Below, piece after piece: positions 40,299-49,117 of a stretch of 64,000 nt of DNA. A model generated the notes under the pieces. That model searched no databases. It worked only from the letters and a program-made list of their open reading frames with translations, and was not told the DNA's origin. The DNA lies in the NCBI GenBank assembly GCA_020349885.1, contig CP070701.1, positions 907,880 to 971,879 of the forward strand, in the 5' to 3' direction. The position numbers and the translations under genes were made by a program. How positions within the stretch are numbered: position 1 is the first letter of the stretch; every line of letters starts with the position of its first letter. This stretch comes from Acidobacteriota bacterium. GTDB taxonomy: Bacteria > Acidobacteriota > G020349885.

Positions 40299-41846
40299 TT
40301 AAAGTTGCTTCAACTCGCGTTTGGCGCTCCGGTATTCCGGTACGGTCGTTGTGCCGATCGCGAGGCATTTCTCAAAATACCCGCGGGCTTTTTTCTTCCG
40401 TTCCGGCTGAGGCGCTTCGCTCTGCGCCCCTACGCCCAGCAAATGTGCCATCCCCATGTAATAATACGCCTCGCATTTTTGCTCTTGTTCGAGCGTCTCG
40501 TCGTCGCTCTTTGTCGCTTCGAGAACATCTTCCTCCGTGATTTCCCCGAGATAGAAGAACGCAAGGGGCGCGGCCCATCCGGGCTCCTCGTCGCCTCTGA
40601 ACACCTTGACCAATTCTTTTATAGGCGTTTGAGCTTCTTCCCCCCGGCCCGCTCTGTGAAGGGCGAAGGCGTAAGCAAGCTGGATGTAGACGTCGCTGTA
40701 CTCGGACTGGACGGCCGGGTATTCGGCGCCCGTCGCGGGATCCGCAACGGGTGTCTCAAACTCCGCGACGGCTTTCTCGCATCCCCCCTCGTGATAGTGC
40801 ACCCATCCCATGCCGCAGTGCACCTCGCCGGTGTACTGCGGGTCGAGATCGACGGCTTTCTGAAACGCCGCAAGCGCCTTCTCGTAGTCGTACTCTTCCC
40901 CGTAGCAGTACGTCCACCCTAGGCCGTCTTGTGCGTCGGCGTTGTTCGGGTCGAGCGCGGCGGCTTTCTGGAACTCCGCGAGCGCTTTCTCGTATTTTGC
41001 CTGCTCGCTGTAGACCCATCCCAGGTCGGCGTACAGCATGGAGTCCATCGGGTCGAGCGCGAGGGACTCCGGAACCTCCGCGGGCGCCTCCCCGGTCGTC
41101 CCCGCAAGCTTGGGTTTGAGGCGCTCGTACCGCTCGCGGCGGGCCTGCGCGATGGCTTTCTGGTACAAATCCGCTGCCGCCTCATGTTTGTTCAGCATGT
41201 AGTGGATATTTCCCTGCCACCGCAGGCTCTCCACGGTGGGAGGGGCGATTTTCTGAAGCAGGCGAAGCGCTTTGTCGGGCTCGCCCTGGTAATAGACGGC
41301 CGCCACAAGGAGCGCCACGTTGCGAAGCTCATCCACTTTGGCTTTTTGCTTATCCCGCTGCTCGGGCAGTGTGAAGAACGCCCCCATGGAGTGCTCCTCT
41401 TCCCGAATCCAGCGAAGGGACGTCAGGGTCGTGAAGTAGGGCCGAATCTCCATGCCCTCCTGAAACACGAACACGTGCCCCCAGATGACGATGTCCGCCT
41501 GAAACGCCTTGCCGATGATTTTCGCCTCCTCGTCGGTGCGGGGAGATCTGCCGATCCCTTCCACCAAAACCGTCACGCCTTCCTCGGCCTCCAGCTCCTT
41601 GCGAAGTATCTCCCCCGTCAGGCGCTGCATGGTCCGGCCCTCTCTTATGGCTTTCGCGTCCGACGCCCAGAACGGCGCCACCGCGATGATGAATTGCTCT
41701 TGCAGGAACGCAGCGTCGCCCGGTGCGACCCCGCAGGTCCCCCTGCATTTCCACGCCCACCATGCCGCCGCCGCGGCGATGACGAGAAGGACAATCAACA
41801 CCCAGAGGAATTTCTTTCGTCGCGGACGCTGTTGCGTTTCGCTCAT
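40299..41846 (-). CDS. Membrane-anchored TolB_N-like/TPR/NlpI-like protein, copy 5 (subtype B)
   Basis: Start MSETQQRPRRKKFLW at 41846; the upstream part of the listed 773-aa ORF is antisense to another gene. Confidence 0.85.
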   Translation of the reverse strand: MSETQQRPRRKKFLWVLIVLLVIAAAAAWWAWKCRGTCGVAPGDAAFLQEQFIIAVAPFWASDAKAIREGRTMQRLTGEILRKELEAEEGVTVLVEGIGRSPRTDEEAKIIGKAFQADIVIWGHVFVFQEGMEIRPYFTTLTSLRWIREEEHSMGAFFTLPEQRDKQKAKVDELRNVALLVAAVYYQGEPDKALRLLQKIAPPTVESLRWQGNIHYMLNKHEAAADLYQKAIAQARRERYERLKPKLAGTTGEAPAEVPESLALDPMDSMLYADLGWVYSEQAKYEKALAEFQKAAALDPNNADAQDGLGWTYCYGEEYDYEKALAAFQKAVDLDPQYTGEVHCGMGWVHYHEGGCEKAVAEFETPVADPATGAEYPAVQSEYSDVYIQLAYAFALHRAGRGEEAQTPIKELVKVFRGDEEPGWAAPLAFFYLGEITEEDVLEATKSDDETLEQEQKCEAYYYMGMAHLLGVGAQSEAPQPERKKKARGYFEKCLAIGTTTVPEYRSAKRELKQL

Positions 41847-41901
41847 GGTTTGGCCCTCATGAGGATACCATGAAACCGTTAGTAAAATGCAAATTTTTTT
41901 C

Positions 41902-41930
41902 TTGACTTCCGCTTTTTTTTTTGGTAAGGT
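41902..41930 (+). promoter_or_regulatory. Sigma70-type promoter with a T10 tract in the spacer
   Basis: TTGACT-tccgc(T)10gg-TAAGGT; 17-nt spacer with extended TG. Confidence 0.55.
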
Positions 41931-42189
41931 TTTCTGCTTCAGTGCATCGCAGAAAAAGCTGCGGCCTACCAAATCGCCCGCCCGGGCGGGGTGGTGGCTT
42001 TGGAAAGTCGGCCTCCGAATTGAGAGGAACTCGATTGCCTGCGGGGTGTTGAAGAAAATTGCTTGAACACGTGGAAAAACTACGCCGTGGTGCGCTCGCC
42101 CGCAGGGTGGACGCACACGTTCGTCAGAGGGTTCCAGAAGTCCGTCGGGGCGGCGGGACCGTCTGGAAGGCGAAAAAACGAGAGGCAAC

Positions 42190-42855
42190 ATGTTCAGGAA
42201 AACGATCGCTCTGGCGTTGTGCATGACGCTCGCAACGGTGGTGTTTCCGGCCCCAAGTCCGCAGCAACCCGCCGGGGAGGAGTCGTCCACGGAGCCGGCC
42301 CCAAGTCCGCAGCAACCCGCCGGGGAGGAGTCGTCCACGGAGCTGGCCCCAAGTCCACAGCAACCCGCCGAGGGGGAGTCGTCTACGGAGCCGGCCACGG
42401 AGCGGGAGAGCGAAACACCGGAAGCGCAACCCAAGGCGCCGCCTAAACGGCGGGCGGCGGTGGCCATTGTGGTGAATAAGAAAAACCCGGTGAGCGATAT
42501 TTCCCTGGCAAAGCTCAAGGACATCTTTCTCGGCGTCCAGCAGTCTTGGAATGGCGGCGACCGAATTGTCACCGTCGGCCGCGAGGAAGGCTCCAAGGAG
42601 AGGGAAATCGTTCTCGACAAAATTTACAACATGTCCGGAACACAGCTAAAGCAGTACTGGACGGCGAAGGTCATCCGCGGGAACAACGTCAATCCGCCGA
42701 AAACCTTCCCTTCGGACGTGCTGATCAAGCAGCTTGTCCAGCGCGTTCCCAACGCCGTCGGGTACATTCGTGCCGACCAGGCGGACGACTCGGTGAAAGT
42801 TCTCAAGGTCGAGGGGAAGGAACCCGGACAAGCGGGCTATCCCGTAGCCCGGTAA
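42190..42855 (+). CDS. Exported PstS-like (PBP) substrate-binding protein with an N-terminal repeat linker
   Basis: Signal peptide; AIVVNKKNPV..ISL..LKDIFLG, GREEGS, PNAVGYI, VKVLKVEG. Confidence 0.8.
   Translation: MFRKTIALALCMTLATVVFPAPSPQQPAGEESSTEPAPSPQQPAGEESSTELAPSPQQPAEGESSTEPATERESETPEAQPKAPPKRRAAVAIVVNKKNPVSDISLAKLKDIFLGVQQSWNGGDRIVTVGREEGSKEREIVLDKIYNMSGTQLKQYWTAKVIRGNNVNPPKTFPSDVLIKQLVQRVPNAVGYIRADQADDSVKVLKVEGKEPGQAGYPVAR
42247..42390 (+). repeat. 3 x 48-bp in-frame tandem repeat (PAPSPQQPAGEESSTE)
   Basis: CCGGCCCCAAGTCCGCAGCAACCCGCCGGGGAGGAGTCGTCCACGGAG twice exactly, plus a third unit with a few changes. Confidence 0.92.
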
Positions 42856-42861
42856 GCCTGC

Positions 42862-44298
42862 ATGAACATCAAGGCGAAGCTTTTTGCGGTCTTTGCCGCT
42901 ATTGCTTTAATGCTGTGCGTCAACATCGGCGTCCATTTCTGGAGCGTCGGCCAGCGAAGAGTTGCTTTCACGAAGCTCGACAAGGCGCTGCAGCGGGAAG
43001 ACCTTCTAAGGCAGGCCGAGCACAATCTCCAGAACCAGGTCAAGGAGATCGCTTTGCTGGGGGAGATGAGCCTCACCGCAAGCGGCGAGTCTCTCGGGGA
43101 AAGCCCCATCGAGCGCCTGGATTACCAGGATAAGCTGTCGGGGCTTGCCGACCAGCTGATTTCGTTGAGCGAGGGTGAATCCGCGGCAAGGGCTTTCGCG
43201 CTTCAGGGCGACATCGCCACTCTTTCCACCGCGTGGGCCCAGTTTTACCAGCACATTTACAGCGATCCCGTGCAGGCCATCGCGGTGCTCGCCCTCGAGG
43301 CGGAGCCTTTGAGCGAGCGCCTGAGCGAGCAGTTCCTTCCCGCTTGGAAGGAGCATGAGACGCAAACTGTCGGGGAGGCGAAACAGAAAACCGAGGCGGT
43401 GAATCGCATGACTGGGCGAATGGCGACCGCCGCCTTCATCGCCACCGCCATCCTGGTGGTGGGAGTGGCCGTTTTTTCGTTTCGCGCCCAGGACGATCTG
43501 TCCCGCAAAACGCAGGCGTTGTTAGCAGCGGAAAAAACGGCGGCACATCAAAAAGCGGAATTGGAAACCGCCGAGCACATTCAAATGGTTATGCTGCCCG
43601 CGTCCGTGACGATACCGGGCTACGACCTCTCGGCTATGATGAAGCCCGCGAGCGAGGTCGGGGGAGACTTTTTCGACTTTCACAAGGACCCCCACAATAA
43701 AACCTGGATCAGCATCGGGGACGTGACCGGCCACGGCCTGACGTCCGGCCTCGTGATGATGATTACCCAGACGGTTTTCGAGACCGTCGTTGGCATGTCC
43801 AAAAACGGAAACAGCCCCAAGGACACCATCCTGACCCTCAACCGCATGCTTTACGGCTACATTCACCAGCGGCTGAACATCGACAAGCACATCACGGCCA
43901 TGATCCTGCGGGAGGAAGGGGACGGGAATTTCACCTACTCGGGGTCTCACGAGGAAATTCTAATCTATCGGAACGCCTCCCAAACCGTTGAGCGCATAGA
44001 GACGCCCGGTGGCTGGCTGGGTGTCTTTCACGACATCGGCTACTGCACCCGGGAAAGGACGTTCCGACTAAACAAAGGCGACATCCTGCTGCTCTACACG
44101 GACGGCATCACCGAGGCGCGAAACGCCGAAGGCCGGGTCTTCGGCCTGGATAACCTGTCCAGCAACCTCAAGCGAAACCGTGACCTGCCCGCGGAGCGAA
44201 TTATCGCCGGTCTCATGGAGACCGTGGATTCGTGGGCCGAAGAACAGCACGACGACCGAACCTGCATAGTCATGAAAAAGGAAGAGAGTTCATTATGA
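42862..44298 (+). CDS. Membrane sensor PP2C/SpoIIE-type Ser/Thr phosphatase (SiaA/RsbU-like)
   Basis: Two TM helices around a helical periplasmic domain; EVGGDFFD, IGDVTGHG, YTDGITEA, HDDRT. Confidence 0.9.
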   Translation: MNIKAKLFAVFAAIALMLCVNIGVHFWSVGQRRVAFTKLDKALQREDLLRQAEHNLQNQVKEIALLGEMSLTASGESLGESPIERLDYQDKLSGLADQLISLSEGESAARAFALQGDIATLSTAWAQFYQHIYSDPVQAIAVLALEAEPLSERLSEQFLPAWKEHETQTVGEAKQKTEAVNRMTGRMATAAFIATAILVVGVAVFSFRAQDDLSRKTQALLAAEKTAAHQKAELETAEHIQMVMLPASVTIPGYDLSAMMKPASEVGGDFFDFHKDPHNKTWISIGDVTGHGLTSGLVMMITQTVFETVVGMSKNGNSPKDTILTLNRMLYGYIHQRLNIDKHITAMILREEGDGNFTYSGSHEEILIYRNASQTVERIETPGGWLGVFHDIGYCTRERTFRLNKGDILLLYTDGITEARNAEGRVFGLDNLSSNLKRNRDLPAERIIAGLMETVDSWAEEQHDDRTCIVMKKEESSL

Positions 44299-44777
44299 CT
44301 ATCCACACCCGCTCCAAGCCGGGCTACATCGAAGTCAAATTCCAGCCCGAATGGATCTACATCAGCTGCATCCAAACCTTTGTGATGGCCTTTTTCGCCG
44401 TGAGCTGCGTCGAGCCTCTCGCGGCCCAGAGAATCGCTCTGATTATCACCGAGCTCCTAGAAAACGCCATCAAATATTCAAGCGGCCGCCAGGCCCTGAC
44501 CCGCATCGCCGTCGAAGACAGCGGGAACCAGGTCAAGGCGCAGGTGAGCAATACGGCCAGCGAGGAGAACATTACCGAGCTGAAAAGGACGATCGAGGAC
44601 ATCAACAAGTATTCTCCTCAAGAAGCGTATCTCAAAAGGCTGGAAAAGGCCGCTACGCGAACGGACGAAAAAAGCCAGGTGGGGCTGGCAAGGGTTCGCT
44701 TTGAAGGACGGGCCGACCTTCAGTTGAACATCGAAGGGAGCGAAGTCTCCATGACGGCACTATATAAACTGGATTGA
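44295..44777 (+). CDS. GHKL-fold anti-sigma-type kinase (SiaB/RsbW-like)
   Basis: ITELLENAIKYS N-box, SQVGLARVR G-box-like motif; ATGA overlap with the phosphatase. Confidence 0.72.
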   Translation: MTIHTRSKPGYIEVKFQPEWIYISCIQTFVMAFFAVSCVEPLAAQRIALIITELLENAIKYSSGRQALTRIAVEDSGNQVKAQVSNTASEENITELKRTIEDINKYSPQEAYLKRLEKAATRTDEKSQVGLARVRFEGRADLQLNIEGSEVSMTALYKLD

Positions 44778-44796
44778 CGGAAGCAAAGGAAACGCC

Positions 44797-45171
44797 ATGT
44801 ACGAGATACCGACGTTGGAGACGAAAACGGTAAAGGTCGAGACGCAGGTGGGCAAGGACAGCCTGCTCATCCGCGTCGTCGGAGCCATCACCGAGCAGGA
44901 GCCCGGCAAGACATTAAACCCCTATTTCGGGTCCCTCCATGAGGCGATCCAGGCAAGGGGCCTGAATACGGTGAAGCTGGACCTCAGGCAATTGACGCTT
45001 GTGAATTCTTCCGGGATTGTGTGCATCCTGAGGTGGGTCAAGCGCGTACAGCAATCCACGGAAAAACGCTATCCCATCATCATCCGCTACGATCCGGAGA
45101 TTCTGTGGCAGAGAATCAGTTTGAAAAGCCTGCAGATGATGGCTCCGGACGTGGTTCAGGTGATGGAGTAG
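44797..45171 (+). CDS. STAS-like (SiaC-like) protein
   Basis: VKLDLRQLTLVNSSG, WQR; last gene of the phosphatase-kinase operon. Confidence 0.72.
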   Translation: MYEIPTLETKTVKVETQVGKDSLLIRVVGAITEQEPGKTLNPYFGSLHEAIQARGLNTVKLDLRQLTLVNSSGIVCILRWVKRVQQSTEKRYPIIIRYDPEILWQRISLKSLQMMAPDVVQVME

Positions 45172-45239
45172 GGCGCGTTGCGCAAGAAAAGCGCCCCGGA
45201 ACACGCTTTCCCCGGTTGGAACGGAGGCCCGGCCGCGCG

Positions 45240-46025
45240 GTGAACGAAACCCTTAAGCGCCTCGTCCGCATGCAGGAGGTCCACTCGGCGCGCGAGGAAA
45301 CGGTCGAAGACCTTGCCATGCTCCCCGAGCGCAGAGACGTCCTTCAAGAGGAAAGCGAGGCGTTCCAGGCGAACCTGTCGGCGCTTTCGGACCGCATCGC
45401 CTCACTACGCAGTACGATTCGCTCGCTCAAGGGTGACCTGGAAAAACTCAAGGAGAAGAGAGACGGTTTCGAGTCACGGTTTTTAGAGATGGAAACGAGC
45501 GCGGCCTACGGAGCGCTTCTTCCCGAGATCGAAGACGTCGAGAGGGAGATAAGGAAAACAGAGGACCAGATTATTCAACAGAAGCATGCGGAGGAGGATG
45601 CTCACAGGGAGGTGGAAGCGCAGGAACGCAAGAAGCCCGCGCTCAAGCGTCGCATAGAGGAAGAGCAGAAGGAGCTTGATGAGATGGAGCGGGAGCTCTC
45701 CGCGCGCCACGGCGAGCTCGAAGCGCGTTGGGCCGAGGAAAGCGAGGCGCTCGACGGGAAAATGCTTGAAGTTTTCATGCGCTTGGTCAAAAACCAAGAC
45801 GGCGTCGCCGTCGCGCGCATCAAGAGCGTCTGCGAGGCCTGCGGCGCGCGCGTGAGCGAGCAGCGCGTGCAGGGAGTGCGCGAGGGCGAGGAGGTGCTTC
45901 AGTGCGAGAATTGCGGCCGCATCCTCTACTGTGAAGAGGCCGAGCCGGAAACCCCCGCGGCTCACGCGGACGGCCGGGAAGCGCGAGAGAACGCACGGGC
46001 GAATCCTTCGCCCCCGTCGTCGTAA
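45240..46025 (+). CDS. Coiled-coil protein with a C4-type zinc ribbon (HP0958/CT398-like)
   Basis: Long coiled coil followed by CEAC...CENCGRIL; GTG at 45240 preferred as start. Confidence 0.82.
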   Translation: MNETLKRLVRMQEVHSAREETVEDLAMLPERRDVLQEESEAFQANLSALSDRIASLRSTIRSLKGDLEKLKEKRDGFESRFLEMETSAAYGALLPEIEDVEREIRKTEDQIIQQKHAEEDAHREVEAQERKKPALKRRIEEEQKELDEMERELSARHGELEARWAEESEALDGKMLEVFMRLVKNQDGVAVARIKSVCEACGARVSEQRVQGVREGEEVLQCENCGRILYCEEAEPETPAAHADGREARENARANPSPPSS

Positions 46026-46102
46026 GGAAAGCGGCGGCGCCGGCGATTTTTCCCTAGCGCCCGTTCCGAAACCTGTTTTTTCTCCCTGAAGGTGGGAGGG
46101 AA

Positions 46103-47482
46103 TTAAACCTTCTTCTCCTTCCATTTCCCGCGCTGGAACCAGAGCGGCAACAGGGTTCCGTTCAACACCATCGTCAAGGCGATGGCCCACCAGATGCCCG
46201 TGGCCGAGCCGAAGAAATCCGGCCTCGACAGGAGGTAGGCCAGGGGAATCTTGGCAAAAAACAAGGGCACGCTGATGAGCATGGGGGGTATCGTGTTGCC
46301 CGCGCCGATGAACGCGGATTCGATGACCATGTCGAAGGCGGAGAACACCTGCGGGATTGCGACGATGCGCAGGTAGATGGTGCCGGCCTTGATGATGGCG
46401 GGGTCGTCGGTGAAAATCCGCATCAGGAACGCGGGAAAGAGAAGGAACATTCCCCCCATAAAGGCCGAAACGTACGCGGCGTAGCGCATGCTCCGCCATG
46501 CGCATGCCTCGGCGCGGTCGGGGTTTCCGGCGCCTAGGTTCTGGCCGACGAGCGTCGCCGCCGCTTCCCCGAAGCCCACGCCGGTGAAGTAGGTGACCGA
46601 TTCGAGCTTGTGCCCTATCCCGAGCGCCGCCATGGCGGGCACGCCGAACTGCGTCGTGATGCGCGTTAGCCACATGTAAACGAAGCAGAAGAAGGTGCCC
46701 GAAGCGGAGGCCGGCAAGCCGATTTTGAGGAGTTTTTTGTAGATTCCTGTGTCTGGGATGAATCTTGAGAGCACGGGAGGCGCCGTGCGTCCGTACATGA
46801 AGGAGGGAAGGTACACAAACGCGATTACGAGTCCCACGGCGCCCGAGAAGATGGTCGCAATCGCCGCTCCGGCGACGCCCATCTCCGGAAACCCGAGCCA
46901 CCCGAAAATCAGCAGGGGGTCGAGCACGGCATTGAGGACGAGCGAAAAGATGAGGATGTACATGGGCGTCTTCGCGTCGCCCGAGCCCATGAAAACGGCC
47001 TCCATGGCGTTCACCACGAAGAACACCGGAAGCCCGAATAAAATAATCGTCAGGTAGGAAAGGCCGAATTCCGTAACTTGGGGCGGCGTTTGCATAAAGC
47101 GGAAAATTCCCTTGAGCGCAAGGAGGAACGCGCCCCCCACTACGAGCGACGCGACGAGCGAGAACCCTATGCCCTGCCATCCCTGGTAGGCGGCGCGCGT
47201 GATGTCGCCTTCGCCCACCCGGCGCGCTACGAGCGCCAGCACGCCCGTTTCCACGACCTCCCCAAGCGAGAGAACCAACCAAAAGACGAAGCTCGAGACG
47301 CTCACCGCCGCGATGGCTTCGCCGCCGAGCCGTCCTATCCAGATCATGTCCACTATTTCGAAGGCCGAATGCACAAGGAGGCCCGCCGTGGTGGGAATCG
47401 CGAGCGAGAAGATGCCCCGCCGGATGCTTCCTTCGGTGAGCAGTTTCCTGCGGGAGGCTACTGGCTGTCGAGTGTCTTGCAT
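46103..47482 (-). CDS. MATE family efflux transporter, copy 1
   Basis: VDMIWIGRLG, GDAKTPM, LDPLLIFG, GVAGAAIAT, VGQNLGA. Confidence 0.93.
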   Translation of the reverse strand: MQDTRQPVASRRKLLTEGSIRRGIFSLAIPTTAGLLVHSAFEIVDMIWIGRLGGEAIAAVSVSSFVFWLVLSLGEVVETGVLALVARRVGEGDITRAAYQGWQGIGFSLVASLVVGGAFLLALKGIFRFMQTPPQVTEFGLSYLTIILFGLPVFFVVNAMEAVFMGSGDAKTPMYILIFSLVLNAVLDPLLIFGWLGFPEMGVAGAAIATIFSGAVGLVIAFVYLPSFMYGRTAPPVLSRFIPDTGIYKKLLKIGLPASASGTFFCFVYMWLTRITTQFGVPAMAALGIGHKLESVTYFTGVGFGEAAATLVGQNLGAGNPDRAEACAWRSMRYAAYVSAFMGGMFLLFPAFLMRIFTDDPAIIKAGTIYLRIVAIPQVFSAFDMVIESAFIGAGNTIPPMLISVPLFFAKIPLAYLLSRPDFFGSATGIWWAIALTMVLNGTLLPLWFQRGKWKEKKV

Positions 47483-47527
47483 GGGGCTAGATAGAGGCCG
47501 GGGCCGGGCGGCACCGTTATTTTTTCC

Positions 47528-48907
47528 TTAAACCCTCTTCTCCTTCCATTTCCCACGCTGGAACCAGAGCGGCATCAGGATTCCGTTCGCCACTATCGTC
47601 GAGGCGATGCCCCACCAGATGCCCGTGGCCGAGCCAAAGAAAGCCGGCCTCGACAGGACGTACGCGAGGGGAATCTTGCAAAAAAACAGGGGTATGTTGA
47701 TGAGCATGGGTGGGATCGTGTTGCCCGCGCCGACGAACGCCGATTCGAAGACGATCTCGGAGGCGGCGAACACCTGCGGGACCGCAATGATGCGAAGGTA
47801 GAGGGCTCCGGCCTCGATGATGGCGGGATCGTCGGTGAAAATCCGCATCAGGTAAGTGGGAAAGAGAAGGAACAACCCCCCCATGAAGGCCGAAACGTAC
47901 GCGGCGTAGCGCGCGCTCCGCCATGCGCATTTCTCGGCGCGGTCGGGGTTTTGCGCGCCGAGGTTCTGCCCGACGAGCGTCGCCGCCGCTTCCCCGAATC
48001 CCACGCTCGTGAAGTAGGAGACCGACTCGAGCTTGTGCCCGATCCCGAGCGCCGCCATGGCGGGCACGCCGAACTGCGTCGTGATGCGCGTGAGACACAC
48101 GTACACGAAGCAGAAGAAGGTGTGCGAAGAGGAAGCCGGCACGCCGATTTGGAGGATTCTTTTATAGACCCTTGCGTCGGGGATGATTCTCGAAAGCAAG
48201 GGAGGCGCCGTGCGTCCGTACATGAAGGAGGGAAGGTACAGGAACGCGACAATGAGTCCCACGGCGCTCGAGAAGACGGTCGCAATCGCCGCTCCGGCGA
48301 CGCCCAACTCCGGAAACCCGAGCCACCCGAAAATCAGCAGGGGATCGAGCGCGGCGTTCAGGACGAGCGAGAAGATGGCAATGCACATTGGCGTCTTCGC
48401 GTCGCCCGAAGCCTTGAACACGGCGTCCAGAACGTAAAACACGAACAACACCGGAAGCCCGTACAGAACGATCGTCAGGTAGGAAATGCCGAGCTCCGTG
48501 ACTTCGGACGGCGTTTGCATAAAGCGGAAAACGCTCTTGAGCCCGAGGAGAAACGCGAGCCCCACGACGAGCGACGCGACGATCGAGAACCCTATGCCTT
48601 GCCACGCCTGGTAGGCGGCGCGCGAGGTGTCGCCCTCGCCCACCCGGCGCGCCACGAGCGCCAGCACGCCGAAAACCACGCCCTCCGAAAGCGAGAAAAG
48701 CATCCAAATGATGAAGCTCGAGACGCTCACCGCCGCGATGGCCTCGCCGCCGAGCCGCCCTATCCAGATCATGTCCACCATCTCGAAAGCCGAATGCACA
48801 AGGAGGGCCGCCGTCGTGGGAATTGCAAGCGAGAAGATGCCCCGCGGGATGCTTCCTTCGGTGAGGAGCTTCCTGCGGGAAGCCGTCGGCTGTAGAGAGT
48901 CTTGCAT
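47528..48907 (-). CDS. MATE family efflux transporter, copy 2
   Basis: Colinear 459-aa paralogue of copy 1. Confidence 0.93.
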   Translation of the reverse strand: MQDSLQPTASRRKLLTEGSIPRGIFSLAIPTTAALLVHSAFEMVDMIWIGRLGGEAIAAVSVSSFIIWMLFSLSEGVVFGVLALVARRVGEGDTSRAAYQAWQGIGFSIVASLVVGLAFLLGLKSVFRFMQTPSEVTELGISYLTIVLYGLPVLFVFYVLDAVFKASGDAKTPMCIAIFSLVLNAALDPLLIFGWLGFPELGVAGAAIATVFSSAVGLIVAFLYLPSFMYGRTAPPLLSRIIPDARVYKRILQIGVPASSSHTFFCFVYVCLTRITTQFGVPAMAALGIGHKLESVSYFTSVGFGEAAATLVGQNLGAQNPDRAEKCAWRSARYAAYVSAFMGGLFLLFPTYLMRIFTDDPAIIEAGALYLRIIAVPQVFAASEIVFESAFVGAGNTIPPMLINIPLFFCKIPLAYVLSRPAFFGSATGIWWGIASTIVANGILMPLWFQRGKWKEKRV

Positions 48908-49117
48908 GGGGCGAGCTAAAGCCCCGTGTAAAGCATCATAAATTCCTTAATAAAACCGCGCCCTTTCCGCCGGAGCGCTTTGGCGCGGGACTCCTGCTGT
49001 CCATGATGAAAAAACACGAATCCGCTCGGCCGGAAGGCACGGCTTAAAGACCCGAACTACGGACGCGATGCCGCGTCTTTTGGGAAAATCCTGGGCTGCG
49101 GGCTTTGCGGTTGTTTC

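Noticed and set aside
33974-41846. Diversity-generating retroelement or shufflon behind TPR variation
   Set aside because: No reverse transcriptase or recombinase in the window, no non-coding template repeat, and differences are not adenine-specific by eye
42247-42390. Possible CRISPR array (also the 11-bp units at 33648)
   Set aside because: Units are contiguous with no unique spacers, the 48-mer is in-frame coding, and there are no cas genes
41847-42620. N-terminal extension of the 773-aa ORF
   Set aside because: Antisense to the PBP gene and promoter region; paralogue alignment places the start at 41846
33763-45171. tRNA-anchored genomic island
   Set aside because: The block lies on the 5' side of tRNA-Lys; no integrase or duplicated att seen
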